A stretch of DNA of 64,000 nucleotides from Camelus dromedarius (Eukaryota): contig NC_087472.1 in the NCBI RefSeq assembly GCF_036321535.1, positions 99,946,001 to 100,010,000 on the forward strand. The letters run 5' to 3'. Below are positions 13,199-26,874 of the stretch, piece by piece (position 1 is the stretch's first letter; each line of letters begins with the position of its first letter). The notes under the pieces were generated by a model. The model was not told the origin of the DNA and searched no databases. It was given only the letters and a program-made list of their open reading frames with translations. Both the position numbers and the translations under genes were made by a program.

Positions 13199-14480
13199 TT
13201 TTTCCTTTCCCCCATTTTTATTGAGAAGAATTTCAAATGTATTGGAAAGCTGTAACAACAGTACGATGAGCACCCATCTAGATTTGCCCATTGTCAACAT
13301 TTTGCCACATTTGTTTTCCCCCTCTCTCTCCCTCACTCACTCACTGTATGTAATATATGTGTGTATATATGTGTCTGTATGTGTGTGTCACACACATGCC
13401 TTTTGTTTTTTTCTTAAACAATTTGAAAGTAAGTTACAGAGAACAGAACACACTTCATCCCTAAATACTTCAGAGCAAGGACATTCTTCTATGTAACTGC
13501 AATAGAATTAACACACTCAGGAAATGTAACATTAATATAATGCTATTATCTAATATTAGTCCATATTCAAATTTCCCAAGTTCTTCCAATAATGTCCTTT
13601 ATAACCTTTAAAGGAAACCCTGAATCCAATTAAGGATTGCATTATGTTTAGTTGTTATATCTCTTTACTGTTTTAAAATCTGGAACAGTCCCCTAACCTT
13701 TAAAAATCTTCAGTGATATTGATTTTAAAAAGATTGTTTTTAAAGGGTCAGTTTTTGTCAACTGTCCCTCATTTTGGATTTGCATGGTTGTTTCTTTGCA
13801 GTCAGATTTAGGTTAAACATTTTGGGCAGGGGCATTCTGAAGGTGATGCTAAGCCCTTCTTAGCATGTCACATAAGGAGGCACCTGATGTCAATTTGTCC
13901 CATCATTGGTGACGTGAACTTTCAGGCTGTGTCTGGCAGGTTTCTTCATATGAAGGGGACCATTTCCTTTTGTAATTGAGTCATCTGTGAGGAGATGCTT
14001 TGAGACTCTGTAAATATCCTAAGCCCCATCAAGATTTCACCCAGTGGTTTTAGCAACAATTGATTCTGGTTATAAAAAGGTGATTTTCTGTTTCTATCAT
14101 TTCTACATTTATTAGTTGACATTCTTTTGTAATGTCTTTCCCCTCTTGGCCGTTAGTTACCTGTCTAATCTTAACCATCCATCCCTCTAGCTAACTATCA
14201 GCCTTGCTCCCTATTGCATATATCAGTAAGGGCTCATGAATTTTTTGTTGAAATGAGTAAGCCCTTCAGTATATGCTGTTATTGTCCCCAGTTGAGCCAG
14301 TGGGAGCCCCATCAAACTGATCCTTATGTCCTTTTGAAATTACCACTGAAGCGTTAGAGCACTTGGTCAGTTGCGGCATAACCAGATCTTCCAGCCTTGC
14401 TTTGTGTTTTCTTTGCCCTGGCCTGGGAAGAAGTCATTTTTCTATGGTGACCTAGTTCCTCAGGGGCTGCTATTTAGAAA
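13199..14480 (-). mobile_element. Old L1MC/L1ME-type LINE-1 3' region nested in MER5B
   Basis: T-rich start, cattgtcaacattttgccacattt, ccatattcaaatttccc, gttaaacattttgggcag; typical antisense old-L1 3'UTR. Confidence 0.7.
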
Positions 14481-14483
14481 GTT

Positions 14484-14546
14484 ATCAGTAGTTTTATGAA
14501 AGTTCCCCAGGTAATTTCAATGTGCAGCCAAGACTGAGAACCGCTG
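14484..14546 (+). mobile_element. MER5B hAT MITE, 3' part
   Basis: ccccaggtaatttcaatgtgcagccaagactgagaaccgctg, the MER5B 3' end with its TIR. Confidence 0.75.
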
Positions 14547-15429
14547 GTTAGCATCCTCCAAAGGGAGACTGCTTGTTCCCACAAAGTGTTTTCCTGTTGT
14601 CATTTGTAATTAGTGGCTCTGATTCGTTGGTGAGGTTTAGATTTTTGTGGGCAGTGTCACTTGTGGAGTCAGGTCCCTGGCCTCAACCTCAGAGAGGGCA
14701 GTTCCGTACGTCTGCCCTGCACGTCAGCATCCTGACACAGGTGGTCCCCAGGCCATGTCTGGAGAAAATGCCAGAAGTAACCCTGAGAATTAGGGGCCTC
14801 TTCTGATATTCTTCTTTGATTTTATAAATGTTTTCTCTTTTGTTAAATGATGTCAGGATCCTGCTGTGTTCCCTAGGCACATGGTGGGGATCTGTTGGAT
14901 TAACTTAGTGAGTTCCTTGGTAATATCAAGTGATTTAAAGCCTCATAGTTATACTCTTGTTCTGTCGCAGAGGCTGTGGGATGTGAAAAAATAGACTGTA
15001 TGAGTGCTGAAAGTTTTCAGTTGACCCAAAGATTTTTTCAATCACGGCACTATTTGTTGTTATATTTTTGTGGTCATTGAATGAATTGACCTAGTAAAGT
15101 TTTCACATGTCGTAAGGCTCTGGAAGGCTCTGAAATACAGATGTGTGTGCTTTTTCTGAGGCTGGGTCATGGCACCCTTTTCAGTTTCTACTATGTCATT
15201 TTGAGAGACTGTGAATATACGACATTTCCTCCCCCTCCAACCAGCTTCATTTCATTAAAATACGGGCCCCAGTTCCCAGCAGCTGTAAGGCAACACTCCT
15301 GATTTGTGAATTTTTCACTTCTCGGTTTCACATCTTAACCGTGTACCAGGCTAGCCCAGCTGGCCCCTTTTGTACTCTCAAAACTCAGAGCCGAGAATTC
15401 TTCTTAAGAATAGTCAGACAGGGGAGGCA

Positions 15430-15668
15430 GTCTCTGGAGTTGCATCTCCTGACTTGAAACCCCAGGCCCTTCTAGCACTTTCTTGGCGTAAGACCACTGG
15501 TAAAATGCTGAAGTCTCTATGTGCCTCCTCAGTCTCCCTGTCTGTGAAAGGAGGTTCAGGATCTATCCCAGAGGCTCAGTGCGACAACTAAATGGACTAA
15601 AGCATTTAAGGTGCTTGGTAGTCTCTGACACACAGTAGGTGCTCGATAAATGTTAGCTATTACTATTT
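15430..15668 (+). mobile_element. MIR SINE
   Basis: ctcagtctccctgtctgtgaaa...acacagtaggtgctcgataaatgttagctattactatt (MIR tail). Confidence 0.7.
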
Positions 15669-16544
15669 TATTAAACAAAGCTGATCATGAATGAAAGGTG
15701 GTGATGAGGTCGCGTGAGAGTTGGGCGTGTCTGCCTCGCCATCTGTGTGTGCCGTGTTCCTCTAGATGAATGCGTGTTCATGCATGTGTGTCTTGTGGCC
15801 GTCATACAACATGGCAGTAAAGTAGAGGCGTATCAGGTATGCCTTGGGAAGTCTGCCCTAGTCATGCGTTTTTGGTAAGCCATCTGCCCATATACATTTG
15901 CTTCAATCTCCATAAAACTTGTGTCCATTACTTCTTTCAATTATGTGTAAGGAGTTAAGTGGTCCTGCCTAGAAAATACACATACTGAAAAAAGAAAAAA
16001 ACTCAGTGAAATGTATTAACTTGAGTTCATGTGGACTGGCCTCTGGGCATGAAGGTGGTAGCTTAAAATGAAAGAATTCCAAACCATAGCCTTGGGCAAG
16101 TCATACATTTTTTTCCCCTCCAATTTATACCAGCTATTGAAAGAAGATGATATTGTTGTCTACATACTTCCTCGAGGAAGGTCAAGATCAGCTGGTAAAC
16201 ATCAGTGAAATGCCAGGAGAGGAAAAAATGGCAAATGACATCCTTAAACTCCCTTAGATTTAAGATGGACGGAGGCTGCTGAAATGCAGTGTCTCCTAAT
16301 GGCAAACATCTCCCTGCCCCAGACTGGGTTTTAGGTTGGGTGGAACTGGCAGACAAGATTGAAACAGTGACCTGCAGAAGGTGAGGTTGGAGAGCAGTGG
16401 TACAGGAGTTTGGGAGTTATCTGTAATGAGAGAGCCACAGAGAAGCCCTGGGGCTGTGTTATGCAATGTTGCAGGAAGAAGTTAAGTACAAATTGCAGAA
16501 AACTGGGGACGAATTTGAACTAAATTGGTTCATCCAGCATCGGA

Positions 16545-16645
16545 GCGAAGGCTCTGAACTCAGGCCAAGGAGATACTGCCACTTACTAGCTTGGTGACCT
16601 TGGGTAAGTCACTGAGCCCCACTTTCCTCATTTGTAAAATGGTTA
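16545..16645 (+). mobile_element. MIR SINE core fragment
   Basis: ctgccacttactagcttggtgaccttgggtaagtcact...tttcctcatttgtaaaatgg. Confidence 0.7.
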
Positions 16646-19069
16646 CTCATTCTGGCTTTTTTTCTTTTTAACTCATGTGGTTGGCAGGATGAGTTAGGGT
16701 GAGGGGTATCAGAGGCGCTTTAGAAAAGATCACAAACTATCCCTGTGCCAGAGGGAAGAATGGTTTCTGCTTGGGGTCAGGTCACGTGACCTTTCCCACC
16801 CGCAACCACTGGATACCTCCCTGTAGGGCTCACTTTTCTTGGTCCTGTATGTTGGCAGTGTGCTTTATAGGTCTTCATGCCACCAGCTGAACAGCTTTCT
16901 TAGAGGCTTTTAAGAAATATTGACTAGCCTGGCGGAGAGAAATTAGTATGTTGTTCTTCCTGATTCCAGACAGGGCTTTATAGGAGGCCGGTGGAAAGAT
17001 TTGCTTTGAGAGAAATATTATTCTGTTCCAGATCCTGAGCTGGGTTCATCTTTTCTTAAAGAATATATCGCCTCTCCTTTGCCATTTGTGTAGTGTTGAG
17101 TTCGTTGCTATTTTTTACAGAGGGTTTTGTGACGACATGAACTTACATATAACTAAGTTTTATGATTTCAGTTAACACTAGGTCTTCAGATGTTATTTTT
17201 AAGTCACTTTGGTCAGGACTTTGGTGACCTCTGTGGCTATGAGTGTCGGGTTTCAGACATGTCATGTTTACTTGTTTCATGTCCGGATTTGTATCTGCAG
17301 GGTTTATTTTTTAACATCTAGCAAATCTCTTAAAAGTTTATTGTAGAACTTCATCTTAAGAGGTGTATACGGGGGCAGGAGAGTCACAGGGAGTAGGAGC
17401 TGGGAGCCAAGATCACCTTGTCATCTGGACTTTCTCAGCTAGAATGAGATGTCTGTGTCCTTTATGACAGAGTGTTCGATTTACCTTCCTTTGTGTTGGA
17501 AGCCAGGGAATCTGGTGGAGGTCTTTGGGCAGTACTGCTCCTACCGACTTCCCGCCTGGGGAGAGCCAATTGGGGTGGGCCCTCTGTCCCTGGGAGAGCC
17601 AGGCCATCCAGAGTTGCCCTCCTCTGCCCTCTGACAGTGCAGGTAGCCCCTAGGAATTGGCCAGAGAGCTCTGCGTCTGTTCTCATCAAGGCCAGGCGGC
17701 TCGTGATTTTGCACAAAGGGGTGGAGTATATCCATGTCGTCACCAAGGATGTGATTAGACGAGATGTTGACTCTGAACTTCTGCGCTCTTCTCTCTCTTC
17801 AACTCCATTCTTCCTTAGGGAGGTTCAGGTGGAGAAAAATGGACCAGAGAGAATGAGGCCACTGGCTTTTGAAAAATACTGATCCAAGAGCACGGATCAG
17901 ATGCAGCCAAGGCCTCCCCCTTGTACGATGTCACGCTGTACAGTGTGGCCTGTGACCACTCCTGTGGGAACTTGCTTTCTCAGGGAAAGATTAGAAAAGG
18001 AAGAGAATCCCTGTAGGCAGTGTCCAAAAACAGTGTCAGCATTTCTAAATGTATTTCCTTGAAGTCGTTGATGCCTTTGGTTTTCTAGGCCCTGTGTTAA
18101 CAGGAAGGAATGCGGTCAAGCCTTGAGTGACAGACTTCTGAGCAACACAGGTCTCAGTCCCTCTCCTCTCCACCTCTTCCCAGCTCGGGCCTCCACTGCT
18201 GTCTGTCTGTCTGTCTCTGCCCCGCCCCCTCCCACGCCCCTATCACACGTACCCCATGTGTGTTCTTTCTCCCCACAACGCATGTCTGCAGAGTGGACAG
18301 TTGCATCTGTACTTTTACCAGCTCTAAGCCAGGGCCTCGCATTTGGGCTACACTAGGTGAGTGAGATGCTGTGACCTTGAGTGTCCTTCGGTCAAGTGAA
18401 GAGTGGCCCTGGCTTTTATTTGATTTGCCTGGGCTGGTTCTGTATAAGCAGCCAGGATCCTGCTAATGGATCCCCCGGGACAGAGGGAAGAGGACAGAAG
18501 TGGATTTGCTGAACCCCTGTGGGGTTGAAACGGTACCTAGAGCCGGCTGGAATCTAATCAGCCTTTGCTTATCAGCCTTGAGTTCCAGCATGTGAAAGGG
18601 TGATGATGAGTAAGAAAAAGGCCAGGATACTTTATCTTTTCTTTTGCACATTTGGGGAAAATTTCCTCTGCCTTGCTAGCATTTGAAGCAGACCATTCTT
18701 TTTACTCTCCCATATCACATCAGCTCTCATTCAAAATCACCAGCAGCAAATCCAAAGCCCTATCCACAGAAAACCGTTTAAGGCAACACTGTGCTCCTGC
18801 GCTTCAGGGGTGGGGTTTTGCCTTCTGCGCCAACGGATCGGTTTCTCACATCCATGCCTTTCTGACCCAGCAGCTTTAAAAGACCGAGAAGCATTGCTCT
18901 GCTTTCTCCCGCCTCTCTCTCAGAGACCAGAGCTGCCATGCCTCTAGCTATGTCCCAGAGAGCATATTTGAGACAAGTCAGCTTAATTTGCCTGCATGCC
19001 TAGGACGCCTCTCTTTAAAATCTAATTTTTAGATGAGCTGTATCCAAATATTTCACTTTTCCCATCCAG

Positions 19070-19173
19070 GTGAGCGACGGAGGCGCCGGTGCCAGGTGGC
19101 GTTCAGCTACCTACCCCAGAACGATGATGAGCTTGAGCTGAAGGTCGGCGACATCATAGAGGTGGTGGGAGAG
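19070..19173 (+). CDS. SH3KBP1: SH3KBP1 coding exon (104 nt; N-terminal half of the SH3B domain)
   Basis: Acceptor tttcacttttcccatccag|GT at 19069/19070; donor GAG|gtatgt at 19173/19174; phase 1 to 0. Encodes (G)[34 protein letters not shown], an SH3 start with the ELxL motif, matching CIN85. Confidence 0.97.
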
Positions 19174-20869
19174 GTATGTGGGCCAGGCGGGTGGGTGCGG
19201 TGGCCTCGCGTGGGCTGTCAGAACCCACCTGTGGCTGGTTGGCCAGGCTGTGGTGGGTGTTAGAACTCAAGAAACCTTAGACATCATCTAGCTAAGTCTC
19301 TTCTCAGGGAAATTTCCTCCAGAGAGGCACGCCACCAAGCCCGTTGAGAGCAGATGTGGGGCCATTTAAAGCTATTGTCTTTCCAACAGCATACTAGGTA
19401 CCTCTGAAATTCACACCTGAGGCCTCAGCTTTTCTCCTCTGCTTCAGTTGCTCATAGGCTCTGGGTATCCACAGTGACCCTGATCCATCTGCAGAGGATG
19501 GAGTCAGTATTCATCATGAGGAACACAGTGGATTCAGAGGGAAGGAAAAGAAGTGACATTTAGAGAAGACCTAGGATGTGACAGGCGTGACAAGATCCTT
19601 TACACATTGTCCTATTGGCTCTTCATAACCACTTTATTTTGTAGATGAAGAGGCTCAAGAGAGCCTAGAAGAGGCAGGACTGAGGGCTGAAGCCAGGTCT
19701 TATTCTTTCCACGGTGCTTCATTCCCTCCTTCCTGCTTGGTCCCGACTGCCCGGAGCCAGCCCTGCCGGTGAAGTGTCCCATTGGATGCTGGCACGGGCT
19801 TTTTGGGCTCCACCCCCTCAGGCCTGGGGGATCCTGGGCTTTAGACTTAGAATCCGAGCATTCATTCTGATTAAACACATATATCTGTGTATAGAAATAC
19901 AGTTTTCTGATTGCTTTGGTTTCCTGAATACCATTTGACCTTACAAAAACCCATGATTTACAAAAAAAAAAAAAAAAGGAAGCTGGAAGTCAAGGAGGCA
20001 GTTAAGTGAACTGTGACATGGGTGGAAGTGGCAGGGCTGATGCTAGCAGCCAGAGTTCTTGACTCTCATATAAACGTAAAGCGAGCAGGCATCAAAGCTT
20101 TATTTAACTCATTAAGGAGGGGATCTGCAAGATGGTAAGGCTGGCTCTAGGAGAACTGTGGAAGAGCCAAGTGTTTATAATGAATGAAAGAAAAAATGCT
20201 AAGTTAAATGCAAAACTACACTAGTATCCTATAAGGCAGCGAGACTGTAACCTTTGGGATTATCTTTTCTAGGGGATGAATCACTCGCATCTCTGCTGGT
20301 CAAAGTTTATTTTCATCGTCATCTGACAGGAGTCACTTGCATCGCTTTTGGTTTTATACCCGTTAATATCTGTGCTAACAGAGTTGTAAACTATCCTCAT
20401 AAATAATAACTAGTGTGTCAAGTAAAGACACACATCCCTAGAGAATCAGTTAATGGGGTTCCCAGCGTGGTACTGGGAGGACGTGCCATAACCCCTTTGC
20501 CTATTCCCCAGTTCTGGATAATTCGTATTAGTATGGCATTATTTCATCATTTTGTATCCCTGGTGCCAAGAAGGGCACGTAGGAGACATTTGTAGAAAGT
20601 TGAATGAGTGAAAAACGGATGAACAACAGAATAGAATATTTATGCAATGGTAGAAGGACATATTTCTTAAGACCGAAACCATGGATGAAGTTCCAGGGTT
20701 AAAAATAAACAGTTGTGACTAATAATAAAAGAGAGCTAACGTTGGTTTGATTTGAAGTGAGTTTAGCTAAAGAAAAAGGACAACAAACAAGAAAAAATTT
20801 GCAATAAATTATGATGAAAAGTTATTATATATGTAAAATATGACAGTAGATTAGGAAGCTACTGTAATA

Positions 20870-21320
20870 ACGGTAAGGATAGATAAATCTGCCATAAGCA
20901 CTCATCCCACAAGGGGAAATAAAAATCTTAACCATTGAGAAAATGTTCTGCCCTGCTATTAAAAATAATCAACTTAAGACAATGATGAGCACCTTCTTTT
21001 GAAAATCCTAAGAAAATATTTAGTGGTAAGACTTGGCAGTGCTTAGAAGAACTGGTGACTTTGTATAGCTTTATGATCCTTGTATGAGGCCATTTAGCAA
21101 GGTATATCAAGAACTATAAAAATCTGAATTAATACCCTTTGACTCAGTAATCTCACTGCTAGGAATTTATCCATGCAAAATAGCTAACAGAAAAAAGTAT
21201 GTGAAACATGTTAATTGCAGCAATGCTTGTGATAGTGAAAAATCATCAAGAAAGAAAATAGTTATGTGAAGTAAGTTATATTATCCAGCTAGAAGATTGT
21301 GAAGTCATTAAGATGGTAAA
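20870..21320 (+). mobile_element. Highly diverged L1ME-type ORF2-end fragment
   Basis: ataccctttgactcagtaatctcactgctaggaatttatcc, a degenerate form of the L1 ORF2 motif encoding PxDPAIPLLGIYP. Confidence 0.55.
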
Positions 21321-22199
21321 CACAGAGGCTTTAAATCTGTATTTATTGCTGTGCATTGTAATTATCTGTTGTATTCTACTAACCTGAGAGATTTTCCACA
21401 GCAGGGATCTGGTTTTTATCTATCTTTATATTCAAAGTATTTGGAATAGTGCCTGAAACCTAATACGTACTTTAATAAATGGTTGCTGAATAAGTAAATG
21501 AATAAATGGAAGTATGAAAAAGGTTTTTTTTCAAAGTAAATGAACAGATCAGAACCCAGAATTGCATACCCTAGGATATGGCAGTGTAAATCTATCTCTT
21601 TTCACGTGATTAAAGTCTGAAAGGGAACAAGAATTGAAAATGGTTATGTCATAGAAGATGATTTTCCCTTTAATGTTGTTTGAAGAAATACAAATCAAGA
21701 TCAGGAAAATAATTAGTAAATTTCTGGGAGATATTGCCTGCTCTCACCTGTTGGCTCCAGGGAAGCTGAGCATGGGTCACTAAAGGAGAGGAGTGGTTGC
21801 AGGGCTGTTATGCTCCGGCCCCAGCCTCCTTCCACCCCTGCCCGTGCAGGGCTCTGCTTCATCGGGGCTTGCCCCAGGTAGGAAAAAGGAAAACTCACGG
21901 TGAAGCCTGTGCTATTTATGTAAAACAAAGCCTAATGGTTAACCTTTTAATCCATCTTTTAAAAATTATATCATCAAAAATTAATTTTCCTGTTGTTCCA
22001 ATTTACTTGTAATAGGTCAGATCCTGGGCCATTGTCACTGTACAATATAAAAATCTGTCCTTTTCTCTTATAATGGATGTTGAATAAATGCCAGTGGGTA
22101 GCTATTGTCTAATTCCACTGAAGACTAAAAACAAAATAAATATCCCAAATAAACAAAAACCCTTAAATCACAGGGACAGGTTGAGATAAGACCATAATA

Positions 22200-22262
22200 A
22201 TAGCTTTGCAATACTATAGAATCAATCTATTGGTTAATAAAAATATAACATTGTATTATGTA

Positions 22263-22300
<38 letters not shown>

Positions 22301-22362
22301 ACATGTTATATTTTGATTGATTGATTGATTAGTAGATTAATTCTATAGTATTACAAAGCTAT
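22200..22362. repeat. Long inverted repeat around a (TG)n(TA)n microsatellite
   Basis: 22200-22229 is the reverse complement of 22333-22362 at 28/30; 22240-22251 pairs with 22303-22314 at 12/12. The microsatellite lies at about 22263-22300. Confidence 0.9.
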
Positions 22363-24173
22363 ACACATACAAATGCCTGTACTCCACCCTACCCCTCAAG
22401 AGATAACTCTTAGGAGGATTTTGAATGTATGGACTGGCTTTTAGAAACAGTTGAATCAAGTAGAGACTCCTAAAAACTGATATATGTGTATCTTAACATG
22501 TAATCTTAGCTTAAAATATAAAAATGTATATTCATTTGCCATTTGTCCACACAGCCTCATAGGGTCAAGGCATTTTCCTTAACTATGGGTTTGCTGGTTT
22601 GAGTTCCATCCTCTCCAAATCCAAAATGCATTCTTTCCGATTCCCATCGGTTTCTTTAAAGTGGATTGATAACAGGGTAAGTGAAGCAAGTGGAGTTAAT
22701 AATTCTTCTAAAATGCTACAGTCCCTCATCCCCAATCTCTTTTAGTTAGTTGTCTTGTCTACACCTCATTTGGCACTGTTTTTGTTTTAAACCTTCAAAT
22801 TGTTATCATATCCCTTCTCACCACTAATGCAGTCTCTTCAATCTTATATCTTTTTGTGCTATTTAACGAACTTGTGTGCTCGCAGTAAGGGCAACAAGCC
22901 GAAGCAGGTTTGTGTGGACATGGCGTTGACCCTTGGTAGGGCGAACAGCTCTTCTGGCAGAAGTCACAACTTCAAGCACTCAGCTTGGATGGGCCTGTGC
23001 AGCATGGCTTAGAGGAGAAATGGGGAGTATGGGGTGGTCTCCATTTGGTGAGTGAATTGGTAAAGTGAAGGTTGCTCTAGAAAGTGCTTACCGTGCTTCT
23101 GCCTCCTGGCTGGGGGGTGGGGGCGTGGTCTGCTGTGAGGGGGAAGAGTGTCATTGTGATATTAATGGAACTAGGCTGCCAATTCAAAAAGAAAGCTAGC
23201 AGGCTGAATCCCTGGGAGGTATTTTTTAAGAAATCATGTAATTACATACTTGTGACATTTTTGTCCAGAGTGGGGAGGACTGATCATTACAGGTGAAGAT
23301 CTAATGGAAAGAACAGAGATGGCCTGTGGACAGGGTTACCAGGGGAAATGGCATTTGAGGGCCTCTGGAGTTTTGAAACTGGCTTGTTTTTTGGTGTTTG
23401 GTTCTTGTTTTTTTTTTTTTTCAAAGTGCTTTGAAACCTCTTTGTTTTCCTGTCTATGTTATCTGGAGCCTGGGAAAGGAGCCACACTTCTTATGTTGGA
23501 TGAGCTTGGTCTCATCTGGTCTCTCCTAGTGGTGACCCAAGGGATGTTCAGAGATTCTGGCTGTTATTTGTTCTTTGTGGTTAGCTTTTTGGTTTCCCTG
23601 TGGTCCCCCAGTCATGCTGGCTAGACACTGCTGGCTGCAGTTTCTGACTTAGAGCTTAACTTGGTCTTGTCGTTTGCAAAGAAGGTAACTTGCATTTCCC
23701 AGAAATGTAGGCATCTTACTTCTTGTGTCCATGGAAGGAGATTTGGTTCTCTCAGCTGAGTTAAAGAGATCCTTGAAATTCTTCAAAACTGTAACTCAAT
23801 CAGACAACCTTTATGGGTGTGGATGGGCAGTTGTCCTCTTTTCGTTTTTGGTGTAAGAATTCTAAGGACTTGCATGTGAAAAAAGATGCCTTTTGTTTTA
23901 TGCTTGCCCATGAGAAGTCAAGTTCATTTAAAAGGTGACTGATTAATAGGTGATCAAAGCATACCTAAATTCTTACCTATTAAGGTGCCCTTTGCTTTAG
24001 AAGAACTTGTATCCCTTTTCCAAAAAAGATAACATTAATGTAAAATTTTGTTTATTAGAATTTAATCATCTAAAGAGCCCAAGCTGCTCTACGGTTATTT
24101 CTCCAAATAACTTTGGGGTGTACGTCTCTGATTTCCTAGTGCACAGAGATGGTAGAGCAGTCATTTTAAGGAG

Positions 24174-24258
24174 GAAGGAAGGGTATAGCTCAGTGGTAAG
24201 AGTACGTGCTTAGCATGTGTGAGGTCCTGAGTTCAATCCCTAGTACCTCCATTAAAAA
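24174..24258 (+). mobile_element. tRNA-Ala(AGC)-derived SINE (camelid vic-1 type)
   Basis: gggtatagctcagtggtaagag (A box) ...gcttagcatg...gagttcaatcc (B box) ...tacctccattaaaaa; three related copies in this window. Confidence 0.85.
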
Positions 24259-25699
24259 GGGTACTAGAGGGGAGCCTTGTTTAGAAGAAATGGTGATTAA
24301 ATTAAAATCAACAGCATACAAAACAGGCTACAGCCATATAAAAGTAACATCTTTGCAAGTTTAAATGGATTTATAATAGATTGTCATAGGTATGGGATTT
24401 ATCAAATATTTGAGTGCTCACTCGGTGAAAGAAACTGTGTTTTTAGAGATCTAAAGATTTATTGAATGGAACTCTGCTTTGAAACATGTTTGGGAGGGTA
24501 AGATAAACTCAGCTAAGAAGGTAACTAATAACCCAAGATTTAAGTGGAAAATAATGATATTGACATATGAGAGAGGAATTTAAAAACAAAGGTACTCAGC
24601 GAGAGGGACGATGATGCTGCCTAGAATAGGTGACATTTCAACTGGATGTGTGGAAGGTAAGAATAGATTAATTCAGCAAGGACAGTTTGTATTGTGTAAG
24701 GTGCAGGGCTAGTCTTGAGGATGGAGGACAGGATGTTAGTACAGCTTTGCTCTGAAATTGAAGATGATCTGTGAAGCTTGGGGAGCAGGTGTGGAGTACA
24801 GGAAGCAGGAGCTGGCAGATGCAATCACATGGGGTTGAGATAAAAAGTTATATTGTTGTCCATGCTGAACTTTTAAAGAAACACCCATTCGAAGTTTCCT
24901 TACATATAGCTTTTCTAAGGTTAACGCATCCCCGTAGACAAGTTGTTCATCTAGAAATAGTAACAGAATAAAACTTCAGGATATTGATTCATCAGAAAGG
25001 TTATCTTTCTGACTTGGTTTATTATTTGTTCATATTTGCAAGTTGGAATGATAGTAAGAACTTAGCCTAGAGTCATTTAGGAATCTGAGGACCGGTAGAC
25101 TAGCCTGGAGCTAATTTGAAGGACAAGACTTTCCGGGATTGCTAATGGATGTCTGTAAGAGCCCCACCAGAAACCCTTTCTCCTGTCAGGAAAATCACAG
25201 ATGCTGCTCTGTCTCACTGGACAGAGTTTGCTTAAGTCTTAAATAGAAATCATATATATTTTCTTAAATCATTTCCCTTTGAGTTACCCTGCAGATTTCT
25301 CTTCTGAGGGATACCTCTCCTATGGAATAGCCTTATTCTCAGAAGAACAAAGGGAGGGAATAAAAATCAACTTCCTATATGTATGGAATGTTCTGGCCCT
25401 GTCTGAAAGAGGTAATCAGACAGTACATAGGAATTGGAGGGAAAGATGGGCTCAGGCATTTAGGACCTAGATAACACTTGTTTATATTTGGTACAACCAG
25501 CTTTCCATGTCCCCAAATCAACTGGGATGGTTCTTTAAAGCAACTAAAATGGAAAATAGTGTAAGTGCTTATGCCGTCAGGAAGTGGTTCCCTTAAAAAT
25601 ATTTTTTCCAGTAATTCCAGTAATAGAAAAAGATGTTTTCCAAAAGCAATTTGTATTTTTTTCAGCAATATTCAAAAGGTAAAACTATGTCTTAGCACA

Positions 25700-25930
25700 T
25701 TTACATGAAGTTCTAGAAAAGGCAAAACCAATCATAGGCGATAGAAATCAGATTGGTGGTTGCTTGGAGGTAGAGTGACTGGGAAGTCACACAGGAGAAT
25801 CCACTGGAGTGATGGAAATGCTCTGTACAATGATAGAAGTGTGGGTTACGTGGGTGTATGCATTTGTCGAAATGATTTGACTTGTACCATTAAGATCTAT
25901 ACACTTAAATGAATTATATCTCAATTTTAA
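25700..25930 (+). mobile_element. Old L1M 3' end fragment
   Basis: gaagttctagaaaaggcaaaacc...gaaatcagattggtggttgc...ggagtgatggaaatgctctgta...gaattatatctcaat. Confidence 0.7.
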
Positions 25931-26047
25931 AACCTTTTAAGAACTATCTTAATATTTTTCTAGTTTTTAAAAATTTTCCAAAATTTTCCTACCTAGGGGA
26001 AAGCACTTGTGTTGAAATTCTCATTTAACTATTTCTGAATACATTTT

Positions 26048-26874
26048 TAAAATTGAGAGATAATTGACATATAACATTGTATTAGTTTTAGGTGTGCAAG
26101 AAAATGACTTAATATATGTGTACATTGCAGAATGATTACTGCAGTGAGTTTAGTTAACATCTGTCACTGCACATAGTTACAATTTTTTTTCTTGTGATGA
26201 AAACGTTGAAGGTCTGCTCTCAGCAACTTTCTAATATACAATATAGTCTTGGTAACTATAGTCACTATACTGTATGTTACATCCCCAGGATTTATTTATC
26301 TTATAACTGGAAGTTTGTGCCTTTTGACCCCCTTCACCTGTTTTGCTTCTCTTCCCTACCCCCTGCCTTTGCCAACCACCAGTATGTGCTCTGTATCTAT
26401 GAGTCTCTGTCTATGAGTTTGTTGTGTTTTTTTTTAAGATACCACATGTAAGTGAGATCATACAATATTTGTCTTTCTCTGACTTATTTCAGTTAGCATA
26501 ATGCCTTCAAGGAACTAGAAAAAGAATAAACTAAGCCCAAAGTTAGTAGAAGGAAGGAAATAACAACGATCAGCAGAAATAAATGAAATAGAGACTAAAA
26601 AAGACAATAGCAAAGATCAATGAAAATAAGAACTGATTTTTTGAAAAGATAAATAAAATTGGCAAGTTTTTAGCTAGACTCACCCAGAAAAAAAGGAAGG
26701 GAACCCAAATAAATCAGAAATGATTTATTTCAGATACAACTGATACCAGACATACAACTGATATCACAGCAATACAGGTGATCGTAAGAGACTATCATGA
26801 ACAATTATCTACCAACAAATTGGCCAGCCTAGAAGAAACCGATGAATTCCCAGAAGCATATAACTTACCAAGTA
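26048..26874 (-). mobile_element. 5'-inverted L1 (L1MA9-like): antisense 3' end (about 26048-26510) joined to a + strand ORF2 fragment (about 26508-26874)
   Basis: Perfect 12-bp TSD tgaatacatttt at 26036-26047 and 26875-26886. The left part is the reverse-complement L1 3'UTR; the right part reads as decayed ORF2 (ELEKE.TKPKVSRRKEI...FEKINKI). Confidence 0.85.

Noticed and set aside
17790..17882. Possible extra exon after a pyrimidine tract (ttccttag|ggagg)
   Set aside because: No convincing donor giving a frame-compatible exon and no CIN85-like peptide; such acceptor-like sites are common in introns.
24174..24258. Functional tRNA-Ala(AGC) gene (also at 39974 and 50840)
   Set aside because: Stems are mutated, the copies end in A-rich tails (one with a TSD), and several diverged copies occur. 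These are SINE hallmarks.
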